This document shows positions 30,730-41,489 of a stretch of 64,000 nucleotides of DNA, piece by piece. A program made the translations under genes and the position numbers. Source of the DNA: Candidatus Poribacteria bacterium (GTDB lineage Bacteria > Poribacteria > WGA-4E > PCPOR2b); NCBI GenBank assembly GCA_965198175.1, contig OZ240245.1:3840001-3904000 (forward strand), written 5' to 3'. Below the pieces are notes generated by a model. That model was not told where the DNA came from and did no database searches. It saw nothing but the letters and a program-made list of their open reading frames with translations. Position 1 is the stretch's first letter. Each line of letters begins with the position of its first letter.

Positions 30730-32964
30730 ATGAAAAGAACACTGTTGCTAGGGTTTTGCCTCTTGTTCGTTTTTGTTCTATGTCTACAGCATACCTTCGC
30801 TCAAGATTACAAGCGATGGGGTTTACCCGAAGGTGTCAAAATGCGTCTCGGCAAAGGTCGGATAAGCGAGATAAAATATTCACAGGATGGCACTCGGCTA
30901 GCGGTCGCCAGCTCCATCGGAATCTGGCTCTATGACACGGCGACCTTTCAAGCGGTTACCCTACTCACAGGGCATACGAATTGGGTCAATACCGTCGCAT
31001 TCAGCCCGGATGGAGAGACGCTAGCAAGTGGGAGCAGCGATGGCACCGTGCGTCTGTGGAACAGCGTGACGGGCCACCTCATACGAACACTTGCCGGGCA
31101 TAAAAGGTGGGCGGTCCACTGTGTCGCATTCAGCCCCGATGGGGAAGCGATTGCCAGCGGAAGTTGGCAACAGATTCGTCTGTGGGATGTCAGCACCGGC
31201 GTTCACAAACGGACACTGAGCGGGCTTCAGTATCAGGTTTATAGCCTCGCGTTCAGCTTGGATGGCCGGACGCTCGCTAGTGGGGGCGCCGGCGATATGT
31301 TCATCCATCTCTGGAATGTCGTGACAGGTGAACGAAAAAGTGCACTCACCGGCCACACGGACGAGGTCACGAGCGTCGCATTCAGTCCAGACGGTCAGAC
31401 GCTCGCCACTGGGAGCAGGGACAAAACAATCCGTCTCTGGGATGCTAACACCGGTGAACACAAAGGGACACTCACCGGCCACAAGCGTGAGATTACGAGT
31501 GTCGCCTTTAGCCCGGAAGGTCGGATGCTCGCCACTGGGAGCAGGGACAAAACAATCCGTCTCTGGGATGCCAACACCGGTGAACACATACGGGTACTCG
31601 TAGGACATACGTCCTCGGTCGTGAGTATTGCGTTCAGCCCGAATGGGGAAACGTTTGTCACTGGGAGCAGTGATGGCACCGTACGCCTCTGGAGTGCCGA
31701 CACCGGTGAACATATGCGGGTGACCACCGGATATGCGGGATGGCCCACTAGCATCACGTTTTACCAAAATGGAACGATGCTAGCAAGTGGAAATTATGAC
31801 AAGACCATCCGTCTGTGGGATGTCGACACAGGCGATCTCATACGCACACTCACCGGGCATACGGGTTCGGTCCTCAGCGTTGCCCTAAGTCCAGACGGAG
31901 GGATACTCGCAAGTGGGGGTAGCGACAGTACTGTGCGCCTGTGGGACCCCGACACGGGTGACCTCATACGGACACTCACGAGGCAACGACCTCTCACCGG
32001 GTATCGGTATGGGGTCTATGGTGTCGCCTTCAGCCCGGATGGACGGACGCTCGCCAGTGCTGAAAGCTACGCTACCCTTCGTTTGTGGGATGCCGTGACA
32101 GGTGACCACAAACGGATACTCACTGGGCATACGAGTTCGGTCCAAAGCGTCACCTTCAGCCCCAATGGGACGATGCTGGCAAGTGGTGATTCTAACGGCA
32201 CGGTGCGGATGTGGGATGCTAGCACAGGGGAGCCAAAGCATGTCCTCAACGGGCACACGGAAGAGGTCGCTGGCGTCGCCTTCAGCCCGGACGGGCGAAC
32301 CCTCGCTAGCGGCAGTTACGATGACACCATCCGATTGTGGGATACCGTGACAGGCGACCACAACCGGACACTCACCGGTCATAAGTGGGCGGTCCACTGC
32401 GTCGTCTTCAGTCCTGATGGAGAAGCAATCGCCAGTGGGAGTTGGCACGAGATTCGGCTATGGGATGCAAGCACGGGCGAACACCAGCGGACTCTCACCG
32501 GAATTGCGTCCCTCGTCGAAAGCCTAGCGTTCAGTCCAGATGGAAGTACGCTCGCTAGTGGGGGGCTAGACGGCACAGTCCTCCTTTGGCAGCTCACACC
32601 TTCAGCCAATATCAACACTGGCGTTGCGGTAGAACCGTTGGCAAAACGTTTTACGACGCTTGGGGACGTCAAACGAACTGCTTTACTGCAAAATTATCCC
32701 AATCCATTTAACCCCGAAACGTGGATACCTTATCAGTTGGCGGAAGACGCTCCGGTAACACTAACCATCTATGACCAGAGCGGTTATGTGGTTCGTACAC
32801 TTGAGTTTGGGAATCAGAGTTCGGGCAGCTACGAGAGTCAAGCCGAGGCGGCGTATTGGGACGGACGCAACGAAGATGGAGAAGTAGTCACAAGCGGCGT
32901 CTATTTCTACCAACTCCGTGCAGGCGATTATACGGCGTTACGACGGATGGTAATACTAAAGTAG
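30730..32964 (+). CDS. Secreted 14-repeat WD40 protein with a FlgD/T9SS-type-A-like C-terminal domain
   Basis: Signal peptide, 14 WD repeats, LLQNYPNPFNPETWIPYQL..YWDGRN..SGVYFYQL..RRMVILK. Confidence 0.92.
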   Translation: MKRTLLLGFCLLFVFVLCLQHTFAQDYKRWGLPEGVKMRLGKGRISEIKYSQDGTRLAVASSIGIWLYDTATFQAVTLLTGHTNWVNTVAFSPDGETLASGSSDGTVRLWNSVTGHLIRTLAGHKRWAVHCVAFSPDGEAIASGSWQQIRLWDVSTGVHKRTLSGLQYQVYSLAFSLDGRTLASGGAGDMFIHLWNVVTGERKSALTGHTDEVTSVAFSPDGQTLATGSRDKTIRLWDANTGEHKGTLTGHKREITSVAFSPEGRMLATGSRDKTIRLWDANTGEHIRVLVGHTSSVVSIAFSPNGETFVTGSSDGTVRLWSADTGEHMRVTTGYAGWPTSITFYQNGTMLASGNYDKTIRLWDVDTGDLIRTLTGHTGSVLSVALSPDGGILASGGSDSTVRLWDPDTGDLIRTLTRQRPLTGYRYGVYGVAFSPDGRTLASAESYATLRLWDAVTGDHKRILTGHTSSVQSVTFSPNGTMLASGDSNGTVRMWDASTGEPKHVLNGHTEEVAGVAFSPDGRTLASGSYDDTIRLWDTVTGDHNRTLTGHKWAVHCVVFSPDGEAIASGSWHEIRLWDASTGEHQRTLTGIASLVESLAFSPDGSTLASGGLDGTVLLWQLTPSANINTGVAVEPLAKRFTTLGDVKRTALLQNYPNPFNPETWIPYQLAEDAPVTLTIYDQSGYVVRTLEFGNQSSGSYESQAEAAYWDGRNEDGEVVTSGVYFYQLRAGDYTALRRMVILK

Positions 32965-32995
32965 TATCAAATGACCAAATGGCGTTCAGGGTTGG

Positions 32996-33922
32996 TCAAT
33001 TAACTCCGGTATTCCTAAACACTTTGAAGTTATCAAATTTGGTGCCTCTATACGATGTTCCCCCTTTTATCGTCCAGACACCCGCTTGACCACTTTGATA
33101 GCGCTCCGGAGAGTGGTCGGAGGCTTCCAACAACCACGTTCCTAGCTCGGTCTCTCCCTTCGGCCATACCTTCCCCCTCAGATAGGTGTAGGCGTCGTGG
33201 GTCGTTACCTCGAACTGAAAAACGTACCATCGGTTATCCTCAAGATGAAGGGAGGTCTGGTTCAAGTAGATATTACCATACCTTCCTTGCTCAATGGGCA
33301 TGCGTTTGGCAATCTGAAGCTTTTTGTGGAAATCGGACGTTCGGAGCCTGTAGTTCTGAAGGGAGGAGTTCCAATAGGCAAACACACCGGCATCGCCGGT
33401 ATGCTCTATCCGGAGTTCCACCTGAACGACGTAGCTCGACCAGCCCTTTTCTCCAACTAGTGCAGCGCTGTTTGGGGCGTTTCTATCCGACTGTTCCAAT
33501 ACACGACTTCCCAAGGTAGAGATACCCCATTTCCCGCGGGAAGGGAAAATCCATACTTTCTGACCCTCCATTTGCGTTCTACTCTCAAAGTTGTCCTCAA
33601 ACAACGTTTCGCGGCGGAAGCCGTGAAGTTGAGACAGCATCCCTTCGAGTGTTTCGACTCTCGCTTCAAAGTTCTCCTTTTGCTGGACCTTTATCAGCAA
33701 CTGCGTTTTTCCGGGAATGACTATCTTTTGCCCCGTTTTAATCAGGTTAGGATTTGAGATGCTGTTGTATTTAGCCAGTTGCAGCCATAACGAGGCATCC
33801 TGTAGTTTCTCTTTAGCTATTTTCTCGAGCGTATCGCCTTTCTGGATGGTGTAGAGGTCTTCCTGTGCTATCACAAAATTGCAGCACAGTACAATCAATA
33901 CAACCGTCCCTATTATCTTCAT
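32996..33922 (-). CDS. LysM domain plus ConA-like (DUF1080-type) secreted protein
   Basis: YTIQKGDTLEKIA..NPNLIKTGQKIVIP; LFEDNFE, GKVWP, FDNFKV. Confidence 0.85.
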   Translation of the reverse strand: MKIIGTVVLIVLCCNFVIAQEDLYTIQKGDTLEKIAKEKLQDASLWLQLAKYNSISNPNLIKTGQKIVIPGKTQLLIKVQQKENFEARVETLEGMLSQLHGFRRETLFEDNFESRTQMEGQKVWIFPSRGKWGISTLGSRVLEQSDRNAPNSAALVGEKGWSSYVVQVELRIEHTGDAGVFAYWNSSLQNYRLRTSDFHKKLQIAKRMPIEQGRYGNIYLNQTSLHLEDNRWYVFQFEVTTHDAYTYLRGKVWPKGETELGTWLLEASDHSPERYQSGQAGVWTIKGGTSYRGTKFDNFKVFRNTGVN

Positions 33923-33965
33923 GATTTTACCTCCTGTTGAACTCATAAGTTGTTAGTGCGGAAGA

Positions 33966-33997
33966 GAGAAACCGAGTTTTCGAGAATAAACTCGGTT
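33966..33997. repeat. Palindromic repeat GAGAAACCGAGTTTT..AAACTCGGTT
   Basis: A second copy lies at 55105-55140. Confidence 0.65.
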
Positions 33998-34230
33998 ACG
34001 TCGCCAAAGGAACGGTGAAATTATATCCAATTGAGCGGGGGAAGGGCAAGGGGAAAATGCAACATTCGACAAGAATCGAAACCGCGAATCGAAAAGATTC
34101 GTTTTTGGCAAAGGCAGGCGTTATCAAACTCAATCGAGATTAGTACTACGTGAAAACACAGTTTCACTTTAGCATTCGACAACAAGAGAGGACATTCTGC
34201 TTAGAGGCAAGCCCAGCAGAAAATGAGATT

Positions 34231-34893
34231 ATGAAGCGCATATTAGAACCGGAAGTGATGGACACACGTGAAGAAACCGAAGCGTATGATGCGATGGATC
34301 ACTCTGAAGTCAACACGTCATTTGTAGAGCGCGTCATTGAACTTGGTGCGTGCGAAGGGCATTTCCTAGATCTTGGGACAGGAACAGCGGACATCCCCAT
34401 CCTGATAGCCCAACGCCTGTCGACGATTCACATTGTCGCGATTGACCTCTCCGTGAACATGCTAAAATTGGGCGGGATTCACATTGCCGAAGCGGGGTTA
34501 GTCAATCGAATTGTATTGGATCGTGTCGATGCAAAATCCCTCCCCTATCCAGACCAATCGTTCGATGGGGTCATCTCCAATAGCATCATCCACCACATCC
34601 CTGATCCGATGCCGGCGCTTCGGGAAATGAGTCGGACTGTCCGCCGCGGCGGTTTAATTCTGATTCGAGATTTGATGCGTCCTGAAACCCCCGAAGCCGC
34701 TCAAACCCTCGTAGACCAATACGCAGCAAATGACACACCCTACCAGAATAAACTTCTTTATGACTCCTTCCGCGCCGCCTTCACAATTTCTGAGGTTGAG
34801 GTGATGCTTGCCCAAGTGAATTTGCCCAACGCCACTGTCGTGCAGAGCTCGGATCGCCACTGGTCTATCGAACGACCTATCCAACGCATTTGA
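34231..34893 (+). CDS. Class I SAM-dependent methyltransferase
   Basis: RILEPEVMD, LDLGTGTA, SNSIIHH, IRDLMRP. Confidence 0.9.
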   Translation: MKRILEPEVMDTREETEAYDAMDHSEVNTSFVERVIELGACEGHFLDLGTGTADIPILIAQRLSTIHIVAIDLSVNMLKLGGIHIAEAGLVNRIVLDRVDAKSLPYPDQSFDGVISNSIIHHIPDPMPALREMSRTVRRGGLILIRDLMRPETPEAAQTLVDQYAANDTPYQNKLLYDSFRAAFTISEVEVMLAQVNLPNATVVQSSDRHWSIERPIQRI

Positions 34894-34903
34894 TTGTTGA
34901 CAA

Positions 34904-36175
34904 CTACTCCGGTAAAGACATAACCTCTTCTTCAATTTCCATCAACCGATTGTATTTAACAACACGTTCGCCCCGCGATGGACCTACCTTAACAAAGTCG
35001 GCACTCGCCGCCACAGCGAGGTCGATAATCAGCGTATCTGTCGTTTCACCGCCGCCTCGATGGGAAACGATTACGTTGAGTCCATGCTCCTTTGCTAGCG
35101 TTGTCGCTTCCACAGTCTCACTCAGGGTCCCCACTTGATTCGGCTTGATCAAGATGGCGTTGATTGCCTTGAGATCGATGGCTTTTTGCAGGCGTGTCAC
35201 GTTCGTTGCCGTAAGATCGTCTCCAACGTTCATCACCCTCTTACCTAAGCGTTCGTTAAGCGTTGTCCATGAATTCCAGTCGTCCTCTCCAAGACCATCT
35301 TCAATCGAGAAAATAGGATATTCACTCACCAATTCCTCATAATAGCTGATAAGCTGTGCAGCGGACAAGGTTCTGTTTTCCCTTTCGAGACGGTACGAAC
35401 CGTCTTTGTAGAATTCGGAGGCAGCCGGGTCCAGCGCTATCGAAACCTCCTTCATCGGCTCATACCCGGCATCAACGATTGCCTCTTGGATATAGATTAG
35501 GGGCTCCTTGTTCGATTGCATGCCAGCGGGCGCGTAGGCACCTTCCAATCCCACATTGATAGCGTACCCTTGGGCTTTGAGCAGTTTTCCGAGCGTATGA
35601 TATATCTCGATTCCAGCTCGCACTGCGTCACGGGAATTCACATCTGCGCGAATCCCCACCATATATTCCTGCAAATCTGTGGAATCGTCTGCGTGACGTC
35701 CACCTTCAACGACAACCATCATCGGCTTCGGCAGAGAAGCCCTCTCGCCTGCCAAGCCGTACGTTTCCCGGACATACTTATACAGAGGTATAGCCCGCGA
35801 AGCGCATGCGGCTCGCGCGCATGCGAGAGAAACGCTGAGAATAGAATTTCCGCCCAGATGCTCCCGTCGAGCGGTAACATCCAAAGCGATTAACTGCGCA
35901 TCAATTTCTTTTTGGTCGAACACCTCAGTTCCTACTATCGCGGGCGCAATCACGTTGTTAACATTGTGCGCCGACTTGAGCATTCCACGACCGCAATACC
36001 TTGCCGGATCGGCGTCTAGCAAAGTTAGGGCTTCGTATCTGCCAGCGGAAGAACCAAAGGGGACAGATGCAATTCCGGTAATTCCACTATTGAGCATCAC
36101 CATGGTCTCAATCGTGGGGAATGCCCCGCTGCTCAGAATCTCACGTGCTCGAATCGCTTTTATCTTTGGGTTCAA
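34904..36175 (-). CDS. eno: Enolase, divergent
   Basis: IRAREIL, LGGNSILSVSLA, ALDPAASEF, IEDG, GDDL, LIKPNQVG, SHRGGGET. Confidence 0.8.
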   Translation of the reverse strand: MNPKIKAIRAREILSSGAFPTIETMVMLNSGITGIASVPFGSSAGRYEALTLLDADPARYCGRGMLKSAHNVNNVIAPAIVGTEVFDQKEIDAQLIALDVTARREHLGGNSILSVSLACARAACASRAIPLYKYVRETYGLAGERASLPKPMMVVVEGGRHADDSTDLQEYMVGIRADVNSRDAVRAGIEIYHTLGKLLKAQGYAINVGLEGAYAPAGMQSNKEPLIYIQEAIVDAGYEPMKEVSIALDPAASEFYKDGSYRLERENRTLSAAQLISYYEELVSEYPIFSIEDGLGEDDWNSWTTLNERLGKRVMNVGDDLTATNVTRLQKAIDLKAINAILIKPNQVGTLSETVEATTLAKEHGLNVIVSHRGGGETTDTLIIDLAVAASADFVKVGPSRGERVVKYNRLMEIEEEVMSLPE

Positions 36176-36555
36176 CTAGATAATCTACCTTTCTGGATTT
36201 ATGGGGTCTGTTCGATTTTGACTCAGTATTGCGAATCTCCACGAGTTATGTATTTGCCGTTGTGGATGTCAACCCATTTTCAAAGTTGCAGCGCACCGTC
36301 AGATAAGTAGTGCCCTTAGGAAAAATTAGGATTATAGCATAGAACTCGGCATCAATCTATGCTATAATAAGTATAATTTCAAGCAATGAGCGCCATCGCT
36401 GGGCCTGATGGACGCGATCAAGCTTGTGAGCAGCGATGGAACTTATTTTCCAATAGAAGGTCGTAACATCACGTTGGTTGAGATTCCGATTTCTACGAAT
36501 CACGGACCTGTCGATTCTGAAAAGTCGACCTAAATGATTATAAAAGGATGAACAA

Positions 36556-37584
36556 ATGGCAACATCTCGACGTATTCAAGCGGATGTACTACGGGACTTC
36601 TGTACACAACTTTTTGAGGCTGTTGGAACACCCTCTGAGATTGCAGAGGTGGTCGCCCGAATCCTTGTCAATTCGGATCTCAAAGGACATCTCTCCCACG
36701 GTGCGTTCCAGATTCCCGGTTATATACAGTCAATAGAAAACAAGGGGTTGGTTCCTGATGGAACTCCTGAGATTTTACGACAGACTGCGAGCACAGCTTT
36801 CGTGGATTCTAAATTGTGTTGGGGTCACTACGCTGGTCAGTGGTGTATGAACCTCGCGATTGAGAAAGCGCGTGCTACCGGGATGGGGGCAGTCAGTATC
36901 ACAAATTCTCATCATATCGGTAGGTTGGGTGAATACGCAGAGCAAGCCGCCGCAGAGGGCTTTGCCGCCATCCTTGTGACTGGCGGCAGATCGATAGGTG
37001 GCGCAAGTCCATTTGGCGGGGCTGAAGGCGCGTTGGGCACGAATCCCATTGCCTTCGGCTTTCCAAGTGCAGATGGGAGACACTTTATCTCGGATTTTGC
37101 CACTACGGCAATCGCGGGCGCAAAAATCCACATCGCACGTATTAAAGGGACAACGCTTCCCCCTGGGTCTATCATTGACAAGCATGGACACCCGAGTGTC
37201 GATCCCGAAGATTTTTACGATGGCGGAAGGCTACTCGTCTTCGGCGGCTACAAGGGCTATGCGATTTCCTTGCTGACATGTCTGCTCGGCGGTTTAGCCG
37301 GCGTCAACCCCGACTCAGGCGATATGGGCGGAACCTATTTTCAAGCGATTGACATCAGCGCCTTTCAGCCGCTCAAGGATTACCAAGGAGCCGTGAAATC
37401 GTTCCTCAATGGTATCCGATCTATCCCACCGGCGCCCGGCTTCTCAGAAGTACTTGTCCCTGGGGATCCTGAACGGAATGCAGAAGCAGAACAATTACGC
37501 GAAGGGATTGATCTGCCGGAGAAGATTCGACAAGAACTGCTGGAATGCGGTGAGAAGTACAATGTCACAGCCACGTTGGGATAG
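36556..37584 (+). CDS. Ldh_2 family (type-2 malate/lactate/sulfolactate/ureidoglycolate) dehydrogenase
   Basis: DLKGHLSHG, HHIGRLG, GTNPIA, DFATT, FGGYKG, VLVPGD. Confidence 0.92.
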   Translation: MATSRRIQADVLRDFCTQLFEAVGTPSEIAEVVARILVNSDLKGHLSHGAFQIPGYIQSIENKGLVPDGTPEILRQTASTAFVDSKLCWGHYAGQWCMNLAIEKARATGMGAVSITNSHHIGRLGEYAEQAAAEGFAAILVTGGRSIGGASPFGGAEGALGTNPIAFGFPSADGRHFISDFATTAIAGAKIHIARIKGTTLPPGSIIDKHGHPSVDPEDFYDGGRLLVFGGYKGYAISLLTCLLGGLAGVNPDSGDMGGTYFQAIDISAFQPLKDYQGAVKSFLNGIRSIPPAPGFSEVLVPGDPERNAEAEQLREGIDLPEKIRQELLECGEKYNVTATLG

Positions 37585-37776
37585 GAACATGCTCATGCCG
37601 CACTGCCCTTGCGGGCGCCGAATTCATTGCAACTAGAACGTTACAAAAGCCAAAAAACTGAGCAAGAAAAGGCGCCGATTACGGTAATTCACTTGATTTT
37701 AAATGACGGACAAATGGTACTATACACGACAGCAGTATCACGACCCCCGTTTTGGAAAATACAGGAGAATAACCCC

Positions 37777-38568
37777 ATGACAGAAGAACAAGTTAACTAT
37801 TTTCGGACATTTGGATTTATCCAATTCAAGGATTTTCTGGAGCCGGAAGAGGTTGAAACGCTCTCGGAGGCATTTGACGAAGCCATGTTGAAAGGGCGTA
37901 ACGGTGCACCGCCGCCAAAACCAAATGAGCCGAGGCAACAGATTAATTCCAGCATCCCACCCCATATCTCATTCTTCGACCTTAACCCGGACGTGTTTTA
38001 CCGGCTATTGGTTGATGAACGGTTCGTCGATGTTTTCCGAAACTTGCTTGGCGACGACTTCATCCTCCCCATCAGCGAGGGGCTTCTTCATACTGCCGGA
38101 TCCGGCTGGCATCATGACAACGTTGCCGAACCGCCTTACTTCACAATGCGGGCTCATATCTATTTGGATTACCTTGGCCCTGAGGATGGGTGTCTCAATG
38201 TTATCCCAGGCAGCCATTTCAGCGAGTTCCGAGAAGCTCTTGTCGAGAATCTTGGCGGGTTAGGGGTGCGTCCCGAGGACGTGCCGGGCCGGTATGCACT
38301 CATGAACGAGCCGAGGGATGTTATTTTTCTGAATCATAAGACGCACCATGCTGCCCTGAGCGACAGACCCTACCGCCGGTGTATCCATATAAACGCTATC
38401 AAGCCTAAACATACGGAATCGGTGTCCGAACAGATTGAGGCGCTGAAAAATCACCTGCAAAGCCAATATGCGGAGACTCGCATTACGGCTGCTGCGGCGC
38501 TGAAACGGATTGGCACCCTCGAAGCCTTGACGGTCCTCGAAGCATACGAGAAATCGAGTCTCGATTGA
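37777..38568 (+). CDS. PhyH family dioxygenase with HEAT-like tail (paralog of 18160..19041)
   Basis: WHHD, GCLNVIPGSH, ETRITAAAALKRIG; SD AGGAG before ATG 37777. Confidence 0.88.
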   Translation: MTEEQVNYFRTFGFIQFKDFLEPEEVETLSEAFDEAMLKGRNGAPPPKPNEPRQQINSSIPPHISFFDLNPDVFYRLLVDERFVDVFRNLLGDDFILPISEGLLHTAGSGWHHDNVAEPPYFTMRAHIYLDYLGPEDGCLNVIPGSHFSEFREALVENLGGLGVRPEDVPGRYALMNEPRDVIFLNHKTHHAALSDRPYRRCIHINAIKPKHTESVSEQIEALKNHLQSQYAETRITAAAALKRIGTLEALTVLEAYEKSSLD

Positions 38569-38726
38569 GGCTTGCGTGCTTTCATGAGTAACTACGTCGG
38601 CGGACAGACGGGAAGGCAACTTACGACCGGCTCAACCACGGTTTAACCGCGTAAACCTCAAAGTATCGGAATGCGACGCTCTAGCCAGTAGAAACCGATT
38701 CTTTGAAAAAGATTCAGGAGTTTGTG

Positions 38727-39491
38727 ATGGAATCTCCTCTTCACATCACTGATACCCAAAAACAACAGTTTCAAGAAGACGGCTATTTCATTCTCAAGAG
38801 CGTGATCCCAACTCACTTTCTGCAACTGCTTCGAGACGAATGTCAAACGTTCATCGATCAGGCGAATGCCGAAATGGATAAGCAAAATGCGGATGTCCTC
38901 GGTCTCAACCACCGGAACAAACGCTATTTTGTTGCCAACTGCTTCCGACAACAGCCTGAGCTTCGTGCATTCCTGTTTAGTGATATGATGGTAGAAATCT
39001 GTCGGGCAACGCTCGGCGACACTGCATACCTTTTCTGGGAACAGTATGTCGTCAAAGGAGCCGATGGCGGCATGAAGTTTGGCTGGCACCAGGATTCAGG
39101 GTATGTTGGCTACCCGGATCACAAGTCGTATTTGACTTGCTGGTGCGCGTTGGATGACATGACGGAGGAAAATGGCACAGCTTACATTATGCCCTTTTCC
39201 CGAATCGGCATTCGATCGTGGGTTCAACATATTCACGAGAAGGGCAGTAATGACCGAGTCGGCTATTTCGGAGACGATCCCGGAATCCCGGTTATTGCTC
39301 CAGCCGGGAGCATTGCCGTTTTTACTAGTATTAACTTCCATCGCAGCGGACCCAATCGGACGAGTCGACTACGTCGCACATATTTAGCACAATATTCTCC
39401 GGAGCCGATTCGTTCAGCCGACGGCACAAAACTGTGGGGAAACGCCGAGCCGTTGATAGTGGATGGGAAGCGAGAGCGGTATGCACCTTGA
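38727..39491 (+). CDS. PhyH family dioxygenase
   Basis: WHQDSG, WCALDD..ENG, FHRSGPN. Confidence 0.9.
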   Translation: MESPLHITDTQKQQFQEDGYFILKSVIPTHFLQLLRDECQTFIDQANAEMDKQNADVLGLNHRNKRYFVANCFRQQPELRAFLFSDMMVEICRATLGDTAYLFWEQYVVKGADGGMKFGWHQDSGYVGYPDHKSYLTCWCALDDMTEENGTAYIMPFSRIGIRSWVQHIHEKGSNDRVGYFGDDPGIPVIAPAGSIAVFTSINFHRSGPNRTSRLRRTYLAQYSPEPIRSADGTKLWGNAEPLIVDGKRERYAP

Positions 39492-39533
39492 GTAGACGAA
39501 CACGAGGTTCTAGCTTCGCAAAAAGAGGGCGAT

Positions 39534-40472
39534 ATGCAGTCGGAATTCGGATCTAAAATCGATGTCCCAAAGGTTCTTTCTGAGAGAATGGTCAAGTCGT
39601 TCGTTGAGATGGGCTATCTCGACATCCCAGACCTGGTTGGCCCTGAAGAAATCGACGAATTGCGTCGCGATACTACCACACTGGCTAGCGGTGGATATCC
39701 AAACGAAGGTACTGAAACGCTTCCGCCTGGACTCAGTGATGAAGATGCGTTGCAAAACATCCTTTGTATCCATCAACCACACTACGTCAGTCCTGTCATG
39801 CAGAAATACGTCGAGCATCCAAAGATTTGTGGCGCCCTGAGCCAACTCGCAGCGGCTCACCTGCCTTATTGGGATGGCAGTGTGAAGTGCATGCAGTCGA
39901 TGCTGTTCGTCAAACCAGCGGGGTTTCAAGGGCAAGCGTGGCATCAGGACGAGATTTACATTCCAACCCGCGATCGCTCCTTGATTGGCGCGTGGATTGC
40001 CATGGATAATGCGACAGTCGAAAACGGGTGCTTGTGGGTGCTCCCCGGCTCGCATCGCACAGGCTACCTCTATCCACAGCGAGGCCACAACAACCCCGAT
40101 GAGTTTGATTTTGCACAGGAGAGTTACGGTTTCGATGATTCTGGTGAGATTCCAGTCGAGGTCACTACGGGAACGGTCGTTTTTTTCAACGGTTATTTGT
40201 TGCATCGTTCCCGCAAGAATCGCAGTGAGGTCTATCGGCGGGTTTTGGCGAATCACTACTGCAATGCGTGGTCGCTCCTTCCGTGGGGTCTCCGAGATGG
40301 TGAACACCCCGCGAATGCCGATCGACGCTGCATTGTGCCGGTTGCGGGAATCGATCCGTATGCGTGGAAGGGCTACGAGCCGCCGCCACAACGCTTCCAT
40401 TTGCGAATGTGCAAAGCCATCGAAGAAAGGCAGGCAGCACTGCTAGCGGAGAAGCAGGAAGTTGCGGACTAA
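39534..40472 (+). CDS. PhyH family dioxygenase
   Basis: WHQDE, ENGCLWVLPGSH, LLHRS. Confidence 0.92.
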   Translation: MQSEFGSKIDVPKVLSERMVKSFVEMGYLDIPDLVGPEEIDELRRDTTTLASGGYPNEGTETLPPGLSDEDALQNILCIHQPHYVSPVMQKYVEHPKICGALSQLAAAHLPYWDGSVKCMQSMLFVKPAGFQGQAWHQDEIYIPTRDRSLIGAWIAMDNATVENGCLWVLPGSHRTGYLYPQRGHNNPDEFDFAQESYGFDDSGEIPVEVTTGTVVFFNGYLLHRSRKNRSEVYRRVLANHYCNAWSLLPWGLRDGEHPANADRRCIVPVAGIDPYAWKGYEPPPQRFHLRMCKAIEERQAALLAEKQEVAD

Positions 40473-40697
40473 CGCCTCTGCTTCCCCTACGCTAGCCGCC
40501 TATCTTCAGCGCTCCCGCGGCGAACGAGGCAAACCCGCGTCTGATTTTGTGACAATTGCCACTTTATTTTCTTGTGAGCGCAAAAAATATCAAGGCTGAG
40601 ATTGCTGTTCACCCGAACGCTTAAGTTTTCCCGGATAGATCTAGTAGGTTCATCGAGTTATCTAAATTTTCTCAACGCCAATTCGCCCCCGGCTCAA

Positions 40698-41489
40698 TCA
40701 GACCAAATAAATAGGTAAACTGCTGTCAGTCCCACGATAGTCGTCATGTTTACCGGACAGCCACAAGAAAACCTCGGCGGTATCATTGAAAGCCCGGTGC
40801 GCCTCCCGCCCGTAAGGGAAATGGCCCGAGCGCATATTATAAAGGTCATCAATGTCAAATTCCGGCTCGGCAATCCAGTCACGCTCTGGCGGGACGGTAC
40901 GTACGTACCAGTATTTCAGCATGTCGCGAATGCCAGTTGCAGTGGATGCTCCCTTTCGGTGCCACATATGATAGATAGTGACAAAGATGGATCCTGCGGG
41001 CGCTGCGGTTGATAGGACTCCACGGATTCCCGTGTAATGCGCCATATAGCTTTGCAAAGCGAAGAAAAAATGCGAGCCGGGCACCAAGTCCGTCGGTCCC
41101 ATTTCCACAGGGGTGTCGTGCGGATAATAAAACACTTGAAGTGCGTCTATTTTCGGACCGTAAATCGAGCCTCCATCGCGGTGCCAATGTTGCGGTGGCG
41201 CAGGGCACTTCGCCCGATGATTGCTCATGAAAATCGGCAGTTGGAAATTTCTCCCCAATAAAGATCGGACGATTCCCGCCGCTTGAGGATTGAGGATCAC
41301 ATTGTCTACAAACCAATCCTCCTTAAGGATATCATCTGCTTCACCAGGCTGAACACCTCCAAGAAAATCGGTTGTTTTGCGGTTAATCTCGTCGGGCACA
41401 ACAGCTTCCAGCATCAGAAATCCTTTCTGGCAGAATTCGAAAATCTGAGTGTCCGTCATTGTCGGTGCGCAATCGAATGTTCGTTTCAT
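40698..41489 (-). CDS. PhyH family dioxygenase
   Basis: WHRDGG, GPTDLVPGSH, WHR; start at MKRTFDC. Confidence 0.88.
   Translation of the reverse strand: MKRTFDCAPTMTDTQIFEFCQKGFLMLEAVVPDEINRKTTDFLGGVQPGEADDILKEDWFVDNVILNPQAAGIVRSLLGRNFQLPIFMSNHRAKCPAPPQHWHRDGGSIYGPKIDALQVFYYPHDTPVEMGPTDLVPGSHFFFALQSYMAHYTGIRGVLSTAAPAGSIFVTIYHMWHRKGASTATGIRDMLKYWYVRTVPPERDWIAEPEFDIDDLYNMRSGHFPYGREAHRAFNDTAEVFLWLSGKHDDYRGTDSSLPIYLV

Noticed and set aside
39510..40400. Long antisense ORFs (also 61667..62377, 31021..31767, 14376..14915, 6104..6688)
   Set aside because: Shadow frames of well-supported or repetitive genes, with no motifs of their own.
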